Of a stretch of 64,000 nt of DNA, positions 1-51,100 are shown in pieces. Source of the stretch: Lama guanicoe. Lineage: Eukaryota. Every line of letters starts with the position of its first letter. Position 1 is the stretch's first letter. A model generated the notes under the pieces. That model made no database searches and was not told the DNA's origin. It saw only the letters and a list, made by a program, of their open reading frames with translations. Position numbers and translations under genes: made by a program. The DNA lies in NCBI GenBank assembly GCA_013239625.1, contig MU054212.1, forward strand, positions 744,001 through 808,000, read 5' to 3'.

Positions 1-268
1 GCTGCCACTTACAGTGAAAAAGATCTGTTTAAATTGCCGGAGCTCTTAGATGAGGCATGTCATAGGAGGTGGGAATACTTGAGAGCTGATAAAACAGAGA
101 GAGAGGGCTGCGATGTCACAGCAGGTTCCTGCTCCCGTGGGAGCTGGCGCAGGGGTGGGTGCAGACACAGACTCGTCAGCGGGGCTGAGACAGCAGACGT
201 GAGGCGTCAGGTGGGGCGGGTTGAGCCGTGACTCATTTTGGTGTCACCACCTTGTCCTTCCGCCTTAG

Positions 269-380
269 ACGTCGGTGATATTTGACATCAGGCTAAGGGG
301 AGAGTTCGATGGCACCGTCACCCTCCATCACCCGGTGCTTCCCGCCCGATCGATTCACCCCTATCAGATCCCCGCGGCAG
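269..380 (+). CDS. RMC1: RMC1 coding exon
   Basis: ttag|ACG...GCAG|gtaag; TSVIFDIRLRGEFDGTVTLHHPVLPARSIHPYQIPAA. Confidence 0.92.
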
Positions 381-3300
381 GTAAGAGGGATGGAAGGAGG
401 AGCGGGTCCGCGCTTCCCAGATCTGTTTGCCCTTGTGACGGGTGATTCTGCTTTTTTTTTTTAAGTGAAACTCGTACCAATTCTATAAGTTAAAACTGTG
501 TTCTTGTGAAAAGCACTTTGTAAGAAAAATGAATCTTCCTTTGAGGAAAACAGAATGATTCTCTTCTGTGAGCTCTGAGGTGGGCGGTCGTGATTACCCA
601 TCCAACTGGGAGGATTGTTTTCATGTTGAAGAAGCCGGCGGTGGCGTTTTGTTTCCTGTGCTCTGTAACCCCGGGGTTAGACGCGGCTGCTTACAGCGGT
701 TTTAGCCCAGGATCACTTCTCCTTATCTACCTCCCGTTCTGAGTCCTTATTACAACAAATACCGCGTTCTCCCCTGGCTGAGGTCACAGTCAGTGCTTAC
801 GGCTGTGCTCCTGAGGTTGTTCTGAACCAGTGCTCAGACCTGAAGGGGCAGCAATAGGAAGTCAGGGAGGAGACACGGTCAGTATTTCAGGGAAGGGAAA
901 AGAAACCGATTGGGTTCTTTTGCCTTTTCCCAGTGTAATCCGTTTCAAAGTAGAACTCAACAGTGTTCTTTTTAAAGGAGGTTGGAGCCCAGAGTAAGCT
1001 AGTTGAAGTTGCATGTGCAGACCGTAGTCAGCAGGTGCACATCTGGAACTTGGGAGCCGTGCCAGGGAGCACGGGGGGTCGGCCTCGCCTGCAGCTCCGG
1101 TGTCCTCACTCGGGTCACAGAGCAGGTCAGGCTCGGGCCGATGGCAGGAGAGGAGTGCTGCCTCTCGCCTGCCCCCCGTCTTTCTGGGGGAAAACACGCT
1201 ACTGCGGACCAGGAACAGCGGGGTTGATGCTTGTGTGCCGTCCGGTTGGCCCTCCGTTCCCAGGTTCTGCAGCCAAGGATTCAGCCAGCCACGGACCATG
1301 TGGTCCTGCAGTTTCCACTGTCGCAGAACAGCCGTGTATAAGTGGACCCGCGCAGTCCAAACCTGCCTGGTTCGAGGGTCAGCTGTAGTCTTCAGGTTCT
1401 GTGTTCTTTCCAGCTTCTTTCTTTTCCCAGGATAGTGAGTTATCTGGGTATTTGGTTCTGAGCCACCCAGGTGAATTTCTCAGTCCTTTAACGCACACCT
1501 GTGGATGAGGAATCGTCTTTGGTTATTAGAAAGAAAATGCTGTGAATGGAGTTTTGACCTGCTTTCCCCCTCGTGGCAAGACCTCTTCGTGGATTGTTCT
1601 CAGCGTCCTCCTTCCTCCTCATGTGTGTTATCAGTGGGACTCGACTGTTCACTTCTTCCTTGTTCAGCTACGGCTGAATAAACGTTCACTGGAGGCTTCA
1701 GAAGGCTCAGTGTTGAGCTAAGTGTTAGATTCAGATTCACGTGCCTGTGTTGGCAGCGCTTTGCAGTTGTCTTGCCAGCCCTCGCACACGTGTCTTCTCC
1801 GTTCATAGGTCCTGCTCCCGTGACCAGCCAGTCCCCCGTCCCGTGTAAACTCTGTATCCTTTCCGAGCGCTGGCCGTGCAAGGAGGGGAGCCGTCACCCT
1901 CCTCACACTGGGTCTAAGGGTGGTCTGAGACCCCCAGTCAGGCATGAACATCATGGGAAGCGCCCGTGGGGTTTCCTTCCCATCGCGGGCCGGACACCTG
2001 GGGGTGGTTTGCCTTTTGTTTTCATGTCTTCCTGGTTCAGAATTTCCTATAACATGCAGATTCTTCGTCCTGGATCGTCTTTCAACCTGACATCATCATC
2101 AGTGCGAGCCAAGGTGGGTTGAAGGTGGGGGCATCCCAGCCCAGGGAGAGCTGAGAAAGGGACCACTCAGGTCATTTCTGACCAAACCTTTAGTTCTCCC
2201 GGGGACCCCAGTTGACGAAGGTTCTGCCTGCCTAGCCGGCAGGCAGCGTGGGTGTCAGGAAATTCCCGGACTGGTGAGTGGATGAGATAAGGAATTCCTC
2301 TGGGAGCCTCTGGTTTTAGCTGTCGACCAGGGAGCCGGTCCAGGAGAAAGCAGAGCACAGGACCGTCAGCACACACACTGACGTCTCCCTTCAAGATTCA
2401 AGGGGGTCAGGTGCAGGGAAGGAGTCACCCCGCGTTGATTTAAGACTTGTCGCCCAAGTTTGGTAGCTGCTCCATTCACATGGCTGCCAGTGAACATGCA
2501 GGGTTACTCTGGGGGCTCGGCCCGCACACACAGGTCGTCCGGTCGCCGACCCCGTTGCAGTCGGGCAGGCCCTGGGTGTGGCCGCCTGTGCTTCGGTTAG
2601 TGAGAAGCAGCCACAGACTGCTTGGCGGCAGGTCCCCCAGTGTTTAGGGGAACCACTGTTAGGGCTTTTCTCGTTTGCATCAGTTAAATTCACTGCCTCT
2701 CAATCCAGGTTACCTCTGGAACCTCCAAGTGAAACTTCAGCCCATAGTAAACCTCTTGCCAGATAAAGGAAGACTCATGGACTTCCTCCTCCAGAGAAAG
2801 GAATGCAAGATGGTCATCCTGTCTGTCTGCTCGCAGAGTAAGTGGCTGGGTCCCTCCCCCCTGTCTGATTCCCGTTAGGCCTGTGCTGCCCGAGACCTTT
2901 TACTGGGAGATGGGTCTGGTGTTTATGCCTTGCTGCAGCCTACAGCCTCCTTCTTCACTTGAAGGTGGATTATTTAAGCGCCTGGAGAGTGTGCTGAACA
3001 TAACGACTTGCAGAGACTCGGGTAGAAAAGATTAAATAAAGCAGACCCACACATGAGCACGCACGAGGGTGGAGGCTCCCCTTCCCAGCTTGCAAACAAA
3101 CGTTTTCAGAATCCAAGTCACTCACTGCATTTACAGTTAAACTCTGAGAGTCTTCTCATACCCTCCGTAGCTGCTTTAGGAACCAGCAAGGGCTGGTGAG
3201 TGGCTTCCAGGCTTCTTGTCTCTCAACTGTACCGTTTCTCTGAATGCCTGGTAATCCTTGGAGATGAGTCATTTCTCTCATAGCCTTTCTCACGTTGCTG

Positions 3301-6300
3301 CGTGTTGAAGTTCTGGAGTTGACGCGGAGTCGGCTGACCTGCGTGAACTTGACCCCTTCCAGTGCTGACCGAGTCAGACAGAGCAACGCTGCCAGTGATA
3401 GCCACTGTTTTTGACAAACTCAACCAGGAGTATAAGAAGTACCTGGACGCTGAGCAGAACTACACGATGGTAAGTTGTATGTATTACCCGGAGGGGCTCC
3501 TCCCACCCGGGTGTGTTTCCAGCGTCGTTGTAACGCAAGATTCAGGTGGAGTAACACCACTGAGGCTGGCTGTGTGCCAGAGGCAAGGTGCCCACGGTGG
3601 GGGAGCAGTAGATTCCTAGCTTTCTGTCCATCCAGAGCCTAGAGTTAGTAAATGAGAAGTACAGCTGTCTTGTCACTCCTTGTTCCTCTCCTTTTAGGAT
3701 GTAATAGCTATAACAGTAAGACTCACCCTGGCCGCCAGGCAGGGTCCTGTCAGGAGAGTGGTGATGGGACGTTAGGACGCTGCTTTCCTGTGTAGCAGGT
3801 GCAGATGTTTGTGGTGAGGGGCTGGGAAAAGGTACCCTGGCCTGTCAGGTTCTGCTGTGCTGTTGCTTCTCGAGCTTCAAAGCAGCTAGAGGAGAAAAAT
3901 TCAGGGCAAGTGGACTGAATTAGTCCACTTCGAGGACCTGATCTTCCGAAGGTGAAAAATGTTAGTGGTTTTAAAAGAACCCCTCTTTCCTGTAGCTACT
4001 CGAGGATAACAGGGCTGAGCCAGGCTGCTTGCAGGCCGGTGACCTGGGAGCACGTGTCCCTGTCTTATCGGACACGTCCTCCCGCCAGTGTTCTGGGCTG
4101 GGGGCAGCAGAGGCCTGATCCCAGTGGCAGTTTCTGAGCATCCCTGCCCTGCAGCTCTCAGGCTTTGTAAACCCAGCTGGTCCAGAGTGTGGTCCTCCCC
4201 CAGCACCACCAGCACACCCGGAGCACCTGGAAGTGCAGGCTCTCCACACCCCACCCCAGGTGCCTGCACAACCTGTGTCCCAAAGCTAGGTGAAGCAGTC
4301 AAGACTTTCTCCCAAAAGCGGCTTCAAAGTATGCCACACTTCTCAAAAATCCTCTGGTAATTATAGTTCAAATTATGGTCCCAGGGACTCTCTGGTTACA
4401 GGAGAACCCGGCCTCCATGTGAGCAGGAAGCTCAGATTAGAGAACAAAGACTTAAAGGTCAGAGGAAGTAACAGAAAGGCCTGGCCTCTCGGCTGGTTGG
4501 AAGTGACATCGTGGTTATGGAAGCTGGCAATTTTCCTGCCCAGAAGTAAGAGCAGAGACAGGCTCACTAAAGTTAAGGAGGTTGCTGCTAAAGCAACGCA
4601 GTAAGCGTTCCTCCCCAGTAACGTCTGGGGAGCTGTGCTTGCTCTTTAAAACCCGCTGACACTTACGACTACAAGAGAGGTATCCACTCGTAGGACCAGG
4701 GCTTCATAAAACGAAGATGTAGTAAACCACGTCACTGTTATTAGAGAACAAATGCCAGGTAGTCTGTGATTAAGAAAATCAGGGAGTTATGTTAAGAGGT
4801 TTAAAAAAAAGTCTTGAGAAAACAGCATGTGCTTTTTTAGTTCCATCTGTGAACACTGCTGTATTTTTAGGATGATTCCTGAACTCTGCCCCAGCCAGCA
4901 CAGGAAAGAGCCTTGTCCGAGTCATGGAGTAAGTGTCATCTGCTCACGTCTTAGGCTCACAGCATCTCGGACGTCAGCCCTTTTGGTTTCACTGCAGACA
5001 CGTCATTAGCCACACGTGGACTAAGATCACCTTTATGGTTTGCCTTGCAGGCAATGGAGGCCGGGCAGAGCCGGAGCAGCCCGCTCCTCAGGAGGCCGGT
5101 GCGGACCCAGGCGGTGGTCGACCAGTCGGACATGTACACCCACGTCCTATCGGCCTTCACAGAAAAGAAGGTAGGGGGGCTCACCCGCCCTTTCTGGACT
5201 GAAGAGTTTCGAAACAAAGATCTTATCTGAAGGGCATAGAGGAAGACGAGCAGAACTCAGAATGTGATTAGAGTGACGGGGGTTATCTTGGGTGAGGACC
5301 AAATGCTAACAGTTTGGCTTCTGACACTCAGGCCTAAAAGTGATCACCGTGGGGGGGGGCGGATTCTGGAGGGATTTGTGCAAAACCAGCCACGTGGAAG
5401 AACCATGGGGGCAGGGGGATGGGTAAACGAGGAGTCACACGGCACCTCCTTTGCAGCCCATTTCTCCCCTCTGTAGGAGACACCTCATAAATTTGTGATC
5501 GCCGTGCTGATGGAGTACATCCGCTCTCTGAACCAGTTCCAGATTGCAGTACAGGTACCTCTGAGTCAGCATGTCGCCCCACGTTAGAGGGGCGCGGGGG
5601 TATTTAAGCAAAAACACAGTCAGTATGGTAACTGGGACAATCGCCTCACACGCCACCAGGGGCCGCACACCTGGCTCGGACCTGAGTGGCATTCCTGACG
5701 TGACCAGAGTTCTCAGTAGGACGATCAGCGTCACACCAGGCTGGGTTCTTTTCACCTGCACGGTGAACCCACTTCTCTTATAGTCACGGAAACTTTCACC
5801 CTTCAGTTAGAGCAAACCGAGCCTCTAGTCCATCGTGGTTGAGCGATGTGGAAACTGTCTCTCCCTCTGTCTCCGTCTCAGCATTACTTACACGAACTCG
5901 TCATCAAGACGCTGGTCCAGCACAACCTCTTCTACATGCTGCACCAGTTCCTGCAGTACCACGTCCTCAGCGACTCCAAGCCTCTGGTAAGGGTCACTGG
6001 GTTTTCACTCTTGCAACTTAAAATTTGACCATCCAACAGATTATGGTGAAGCTAATCTGAAAGTGTGTCTTTCAGGCTTGTCTGCTGTTATCTCTGGAAA
6101 GTTTTTATCCTCCTGCTCATCAGCTATCTCTGGACATGTTGAAGGTAACACTGAACATCAGTTTTAAACGGCACCGAAGGTGCTTCCTGTGGCTTGCACT
6201 GACCTGGGTTTCTCTTTCTCCCGTACTTCTAGCGACTTTCCACAGCCAATGATGAGATAGTGGAAGTTCTTCTTTCCAAACACCAGGTGTTGGCTGCCTT

Positions 6301-7202
6301 AAGGTTTATCCGGGGCATTGGTGGTCACGACAACATTTCTGCACGAAAATTTTTAGATGCCGCAAAACAGACGGACGACCACATGCTTTTCTACACTATA
6401 TTCCGGTTTTTTGAACAGCGAAACCAGCGTTTACGAGGGAACCCTAGTTTCACACCAGGTGAGGATACAGCTGCAGGGAAAGGCCTGGGGCAGCCGCAGA
6501 CTCAGTAGCAAGAGAGCACGAGAAGCTGGGGAGAGAAGCCGTGTGGTACGGAGAACTCCCGAGTTAGGTTTTGAAAAACAAAATTTTGTACCAGCCTACA
6601 TAGTTTGCAGTAAGAGTGGATTCAGTGTGCTGATGGAACCTGAATTCTGCTCTGAACTGCGGTGGAGGGGAGTCTGGGTGACAGCTGGTCCTGGAATGTC
6701 CATTTCTGAAGAATCAGGAACAAGACAGGAGATGGCAGCTGAGGGTTTTAAATGGCCTGGGGCTTGTTAATGTTTGTTTTAGGCAGGAATCATTGGCTAA
6801 CCACTTTTATCTCCAAAGTTATGAAATTCCAAGGCACCCTCTTTCTTAGGACGGGAAAGGAGCATAACTGCTCAGGCCCCCAGCTTCCTCAAGCTCGGGT
6901 ATCAGCACGGGGCGGTGGTTCCCCCCCTGACAGGCGGGCCTCTCTGTCTCCGAGCAGGTGGCAACTTGCTGGGGGCTGCAAAGGTACCTGACCAGTTTTG
7001 CAAACAGAAACGACAACTCAAAAGCTTAGGGAAACAAAGTATTTTATGAAAGAAAAATAAGTTAAAACCCACTGTACACTGCAGCGCGCTGCAGCGTGTT
7101 CATTCTCTCGCTCCCTTTACAGGAGAACACTGTGAAGAACATGTTGCTTTTTTCAAACAAGTTTTTGGAGACCAAGCTCTCATGAGGCCTGCAACGTTCT
7201 GA
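269..7202 (+). CDS. RMC1: Regulator of MON1-CCZ1 complex (C18orf8/MIC1), 3' part: last 11 coding exons
   Basis: Exons 269-380, 1809-1853, 2060-2113, 2709-2837, 3363-3469, 5051-5170, 5477-5554, 5882-5986, 6076-6144, 6233-6458 and 7123-7202 splice in phase. They give TSVIFDIRLRGEFDG...HYLHELVIKTLVQHNLFYMLHQFLQYHVLSDSKPLACLLLSLE...FKQVFGDQALMRPATF*, matching the recalled human C18orf8 C-terminus. 5' exons lie outside the window. Confidence 0.96.
1809..1853 (+). CDS. RMC1: RMC1 coding exon (upstream of the U12 intron)
   Basis: atag|GT CCT...CTC T|gtatccttt; GPAPVTSQSPVPCKL. Confidence 0.9.
1854..2059 (+). other. RMC1: U12-type (minor spliceosome) GT-AG intron
   Basis: 5' site GTATCCTTT at 1854; branch-like TTCCTATAAC at 2044-2053, a few nt before CAG, with no separate polypyrimidine tract. 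Confidence 0.85.
2060..2113 (+). CDS. RMC1: RMC1 coding exon
   Basis: gcag|AT TCT...CAA G|gtggg; YSSSWIVFQPDIIISASQ. Confidence 0.9.
2709..2837 (+). CDS. RMC1: RMC1 coding exon
   Basis: ccag|GT TAC...CAG A|gtaag; GYLWNLQVKLQPIVNLLPDKGRLMDFLLQRKECKMVILSVCSQ. Confidence 0.93.
3363..3469 (+). CDS. RMC1: RMC1 coding exon
   Basis: ccag|TG CTG...ATG|gtaag; MLTESDRATLPVIATVFDKLNQEYKKYLDAEQNYTM. Confidence 0.93.
5051..5170 (+). CDS. RMC1: RMC1 coding exon
   Basis: gcag|GCA...AAG|gtagg; AMEAGQSRSSPLLRRPVRTQAVVDQSDMYTHVLSAFTEKK. Confidence 0.93.
5477..5554 (+). CDS. RMC1: RMC1 coding exon
   Basis: gtag|GAG...CAG|gtacc; ETPHKFVIAVLMEYIRSLNQFQIAVQ. Confidence 0.93.
5882..5986 (+). CDS. RMC1: RMC1 coding exon
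   Basis: tcag|CAT...CTG|gtaag; HYLHELVIKTLVQHNLFYMLHQFLQYHVLSDSKPL. Confidence 0.94.
6076..6144 (+). CDS. RMC1: RMC1 coding exon
   Basis: tcag|GCT...AAG|gtaac; ACLLLSLESFYPPAHQLSLDMLK. Confidence 0.93.
6233..6458 (+). CDS. RMC1: RMC1 coding exon
   Basis: ctag|CGA...CCA G|gtgag; RLSTANDEIVEVLLSKHQVLAALRFIRG...RNQRLRGNPSFTP. Confidence 0.94.
7123..7202 (+). CDS. RMC1: RMC1 last coding exon
   Basis: acag|GA GAA...TTC TGA; GEHCEEHVAFFKQVFGDQALMRPATF*. Confidence 0.94.
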
Positions 7203-7256
7203 GGTCACTTGCTAGTTTTTTTTTATATATATATATAAAAACATGTATAAAGTTAA

Positions 7257-7262
7257 TTTATT
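7257..7262 (-). terminator. NPC1: NPC1 polyadenylation signal (AATAAA on - strand)
   Basis: TTTATT on +, about 430 nt past the NPC1 stop; the context resembles the recalled human NPC1 mRNA 3' end. Confidence 0.7.
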
Positions 7263-7267
7263 GCATT

Positions 7268-7303
7268 AATAAAGCTCTTTAAACTACAAAATGTTGTAAT
7301 AAA
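7268..7303 (+). terminator. RMC1: RMC1 polyadenylation signals (AATAAA at 7268-7273 and 7298-7303)
   Basis: Two canonical hexamers 66 and 96 nt after the stop codon. Confidence 0.7.
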
Positions 7304-7691
7304 GAATATCTATGACAATCTTCCAATGTTACTAAAAATGTGGTATAGAACTTGGGTGATGGCTTGCTCCTAGAAAAGGAGAAACGTTGCATTGATTGGC
7401 CTTTAGAAAGTGTCAGTGAGCAGATGCCAGCCTCCCTCAGCGCCTGGTCCGTGTGCCCGAGAACCGAAGACGCACCCGGGTCCCGGGCTGCCTTCAGGTC
7501 CAGTAATACTGCTTCCCCAGTCCGAGTCTGCATTCCTGAGTTTAAAAGCGCTATGGCCGAAGCTACTGTTAACTAGCCTGATGTCTGGTCACATCCAGGG
7601 TTCAACCGGGCCTTGACGACACAGCCACAGTCCGGGGGTGACCGACCGCCCCACAGACACAGTCTCCCGAGCCCCGGGGGTGGGTGGGAAG

Positions 7692-46662
<38,971 letters not shown>

Positions 46663-47675
46663 GCTGCCGTGGCGCCGGGCTGCGGACGTCTGCGGGGCTC
46701 GGCTCACGGGACTGGGCTTGGCGTCCCGGGCTGTCTCAGGCTCCCGCGCCGCCGAAGGGAGGGAACAGAAGCCGGCTCCGGCCGGCTGCGCGCGCAGCTC
46801 AGGAAGGAAGGAGGCCGCGTAGGTTCCTCCCCCTCCTGGGTGGAGCCGCTGCCGGGACGCCCCGGACCGGTTCTGGGGCGGGGCCGTCCGGGGAGGGCGG
46901 GACGAGGGGCGGGGCTAGACGGGCCTCGGCCAAGTGATGCCACAGAGACCTCCCTGAGTCCCAGCTCCGCACTTCCTCGCCCTGCGGCGACTAGGGGCGC
47001 GGCATGGGGCCAGGGACTCCCAGACGGGGGCCGCTGAACCTTTGGAATCCGGCCTGGGGAGGGTATTTCTGGAGTTGTCCCAACGGTGTGTGGTTTTGAT
47101 GCTTTAACTCCTTTTTCCCCTTTTTGTCTTTCCTCGGTTGGAGACCGTCGGCGAGGAGGTTTTCGCAAATGACAGTGCTTGGGGACTGTTTTCCCAATTA
47201 AGACCCTGTTCCTCAGTGTTTATTTCGGCCCCAATTAGCACCCGAGCAAGTTCTCCTCCCAAACCCAGTCACCCGAAAGGAATCCGCGCCAGGGCACTTC
47301 TAGCAAAGCAGGAGGCGGTGCCACGCAGTGGCCTGACAGTGTTGTGATCCGAGAGCGCGAGGGGCGGAGGGTGGCTGTGGGCCAAGCTTCTGAGCCACCC
47401 AATCTCTGTTTTCTGTCCGCTCAGCCCACTTTTGGAAAAGTGCTAGAACCGCACCATCTGCTGGCGGAGCCAAGCGTGGCAGGGAACCCGCGGGCGGGAG
47501 AAGAGCCCCCCACCCCACCCCCAGAAGTTTGACCCAGAGGTGGGACCAGAGTCCATTAAGTTCTAGGTGAAATGAAGTAACACAAGGAAAAAGTGTCTGT
47601 TTTTGAGACTTACACTTACTATAATCTTTTTTTGGTCTTACACATTTTTATTATATGCATTTCTGGTAACATTTC

Positions 47676-48103
47676 TGTTGGGCCAACTGAAGTCTTTCAA
47701 AGGTCAACGACACCCATTCCTGGGCTCGCAGATGTCTGACATTCTGTACTGGGCGGGTTTGCCCTAACAAACTAATAGCCCTAGGTAATGCTCAGGCGGG
47801 CTTGTTTCAACCTACCTTATCAGAGTCAAACCCCTGGCCTTTCACGGACCCTAAACCTCTTACCTCACCTACAACCAGAGACTTGTGCACAAGCCGATTA
47901 GGAACCTTGTGACCCAACCTTATAAAAGACCCCAACAACCCGCCCTTAGTGCTCATGCAGGCACCCCTCACATGCGTGGCCCGCTGTTGTTTATGACAGT
48001 GTACCCTAATAAACTCCTTTCTAGTCCCATAATTTATTCTGGTAAATTCTTTTACCAGCCAGCACATCACCATGTCACAGGCGGCCACTTGTGTCCCACA
48101 ACA
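47676..48103 (+). mobile_element. Solo endogenous-retrovirus LTR (428 bp)
   Basis: TGTTG...CAACA termini; perfect 5-bp target-site duplication ATTTC (47671-75, 48104-08); TATAAAA at 47921; AATAAA at 48008. Confidence 0.88.
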
Positions 48104-51100
48104 ATTTCCCCTCAGATTTCAGTTAAGAACACTCAAAAGCATCAGTCATTTCCACTTGGAAGTTAAGGAAACGGAGGTTAAGGGATCTCTTCTCCCCACA
48201 GCGGAAGCCAATTACAATGAAAAGACTAAATATCCATCTGCAGTAACTATAAAACCCAGTGGAGGTAGGACCATGATGCAGGTGACATTCCCATTCCTAC
48301 TCTACAAAGCCACCGATTCAGTTACTATCTTGCCTCCCCACCTCCTCAGCCCTGAAATGTCCACCTGACTGGCTGGGTGCTGAAACTATAGATTTCCTCT
48401 GGACTTTTGGCCCTAGATCTTTCATGAAGACCTCCTGGCCCTCATGTATCTGCTTGCTCTCAGGCTCCTGGTGCTCTCGCTGATGATAAAGTAGTCAGCT
48501 TCATGCAGACGTACTCAAAGTGTTGCAACTGAACCAGCAGTGTTTGGCTGGAGCAGGGGAGGACCCCAGAATGGCCATGGAGTTCTGAGATTACCGGATT
48601 CCGGAGATTACCATCGCAAATACTTGTTTCCTAAATAAGAAGTTGTGCAAAAACATCAGTTGTTTTAAAAGATAAAACCACTGCAAAGGACTGAAGAGCC
48701 AGGAGCATCATAGATAATACAAATCAAATAGATGAGGGGAATCCTTCCACAATGTCTACGAATATCAAATCATGACGACATATAAATGAGTTTCTATTTT
48801 CAGTACGTTTCATGACTACTCCCAGGAATTTTTGTTTGAATAAAAAACCTTTTGGGATCATTACAAAAGTTCTCCACAGTAGAAAAAATGAAGTCACAGG
48901 TCCATAAAGCTTAAAAATCCTATTCAGGATTCCAAACATCAATATATTTTATTAACAGAGCTGAATTATACACTCTAAAATTCCATGCTATTAAAAATCA
49001 CATAGAAATAACTTTAGACTAAAAACAAACAGGAAAAAGCAACAAAGGCAAATAAAGTAGTATATCAACTTTATTTTGAATTATAACATGGAATTTGTCA
49101 TCAAACAAATGGATGTAATGAAAAACTTTTGGCAAATAATTTGCATAGGAATTGCTACTTCTAAGTTAAGATGCAGAGCTCACTGAATTGTAAATTAGAT
49201 TAACAGAAAATAACCATCTACCTGTGTGCAAAATAAATATAATTTAACTTTAAATAAAAGACCTTTTGTTCAGTCTTTGGTGAGTAATTAATATAATCAT
49301 CTTCCCTGCCGTGGATAACATCGTCATCTTTTCTCATCTGGACCAAAGGTGATCCTTCTAAGCTACAGACCTCTCACCTACAGTTAATAAGCCCTCTGTT
49401 AAATATTCTTAAAGCTCCTAGATTCATTTTTATGGCCCTAATATTGATCAAGAACATTATCCACTGAAAACGATCCAACAAATAGGCCAAACACAACAAA
49501 CACAATGCTTTAGTGAAAAACATTAAGTTTGTGATTTCACCCCATTTTGTCTTTTGGAACTTTGTTATCAGTACCAATTATACTGTTTTGATTCATACCT
49601 CATGATGGGTAACCATTTTTCGGTTGGGAAAAAAATAAAGCATTTCAGGCCATATTATTTTCCTCTTCAAAATGAACGTATCTTTATAAAACTCCCATGA
49701 AAGAAAATGTGTATGTGTACAACTTTGCTGAAGAAAGGAAAGCCAGTGAGGAAATTGGTACTGCTTATTAGCCTCTAAAATGTTTCTGTCTGGATGTTTT
49801 AGCAGTATAGACAGAGCTTTCTAATTTTTTATCCCAAAATTAGTTTGCAGGATGGTTACATGGCTAGTCAGAGTGTAGGCCTGTCTGGGGGCTCTGTGGG
49901 TTGCTCGTTATTGGCTTTGCTTGTGATACTGATTAAAATAAGCTGATTTTTGTTGATTGATTCTTTTATTGATCTTAAACTTTAAGAGAATATCTTCTAA
50001 TTTAAAAAGTTATATTCCATTATTTACTGACTTAAAGACTTACATGGTTTTAGTACCATTGCAAGTTGGTTAAAATATATATGTATATTTTGGGATTACA
50101 ACATTTCCCTCCATCTTAACATGTCCTTACATAGAACATTGGCTGGAAACCAGAGTAGATCATGAACAAGAAAACTAAAGATATGTTTAAATAACAGAAA
50201 TACCATCAGTGTTCATCATGGTAGATTATAGAAAGGGGGTTTAATTTTTATGTGTGCAATTAGGCACTGACTGAGGCATTTAGACACCATTGATCATAAA
50301 GTACATTCTATATAAATGTTGACGCTCCTAAAAGGAATAATTCAATAAAACCCAGGTTTCTTTCTTGGAATCAATCAGCTCAAGAACATGCATAAGTGAA
50401 CACTTATTAAATACTAATAACAGTCTTTTATTACTTACACTCCTGCAATAGTAATAGCAACATATTGTTCTTGCATATATCACATTTTATCCAAGGACCC
50501 CAAAGTCATTGTATCAAACAATGTGGTGTTGGAAGCTCAAGATTCCACAGCATATTAAGTCTACTTAGTTATGGCTAAGTAGAAATAGAGTCCCAACAAG
50601 AGTCCCAAAGTAACAGCTCAAGGAGACAAGCCTACATTTCTTGAGGTTTGTAATTTTCTGAATTTCCAAATTTACCACTTGTATCCTACCATACCTACAA
50701 TTTGACTCCAGGTAAAAATTATTTTTACACGTTAAGAATAAGATGAGGACCAACTCACACATGAACAATTGGTCTTTTTTCAACAGTCCATCTTCGAAAA
50801 GGATGTGGTGGAATGTCAGAAGTGGCTTTTTAGTAATGTCACATTATTGATTCACAAGAATCATAGCTGGGACCCTTGGATAGAAGAAAACATTTTACAT
50901 CGGAATGACATACACATATATGTAAAATATGACAGAGCTATATCTTTGCACACACATACATTTAACACAAAAGCAGAAGTGTGTTGATTCATCAAAGGTC
51001 AGACTTTGAGTCTTTTTCAAGGAACAAAGCTTTCTGTTTCCTTGCTTAAGCTTCCTAGAGGGTTTAACTCTATGTTAGAGTTTAACTGAAAGACCCAAGT

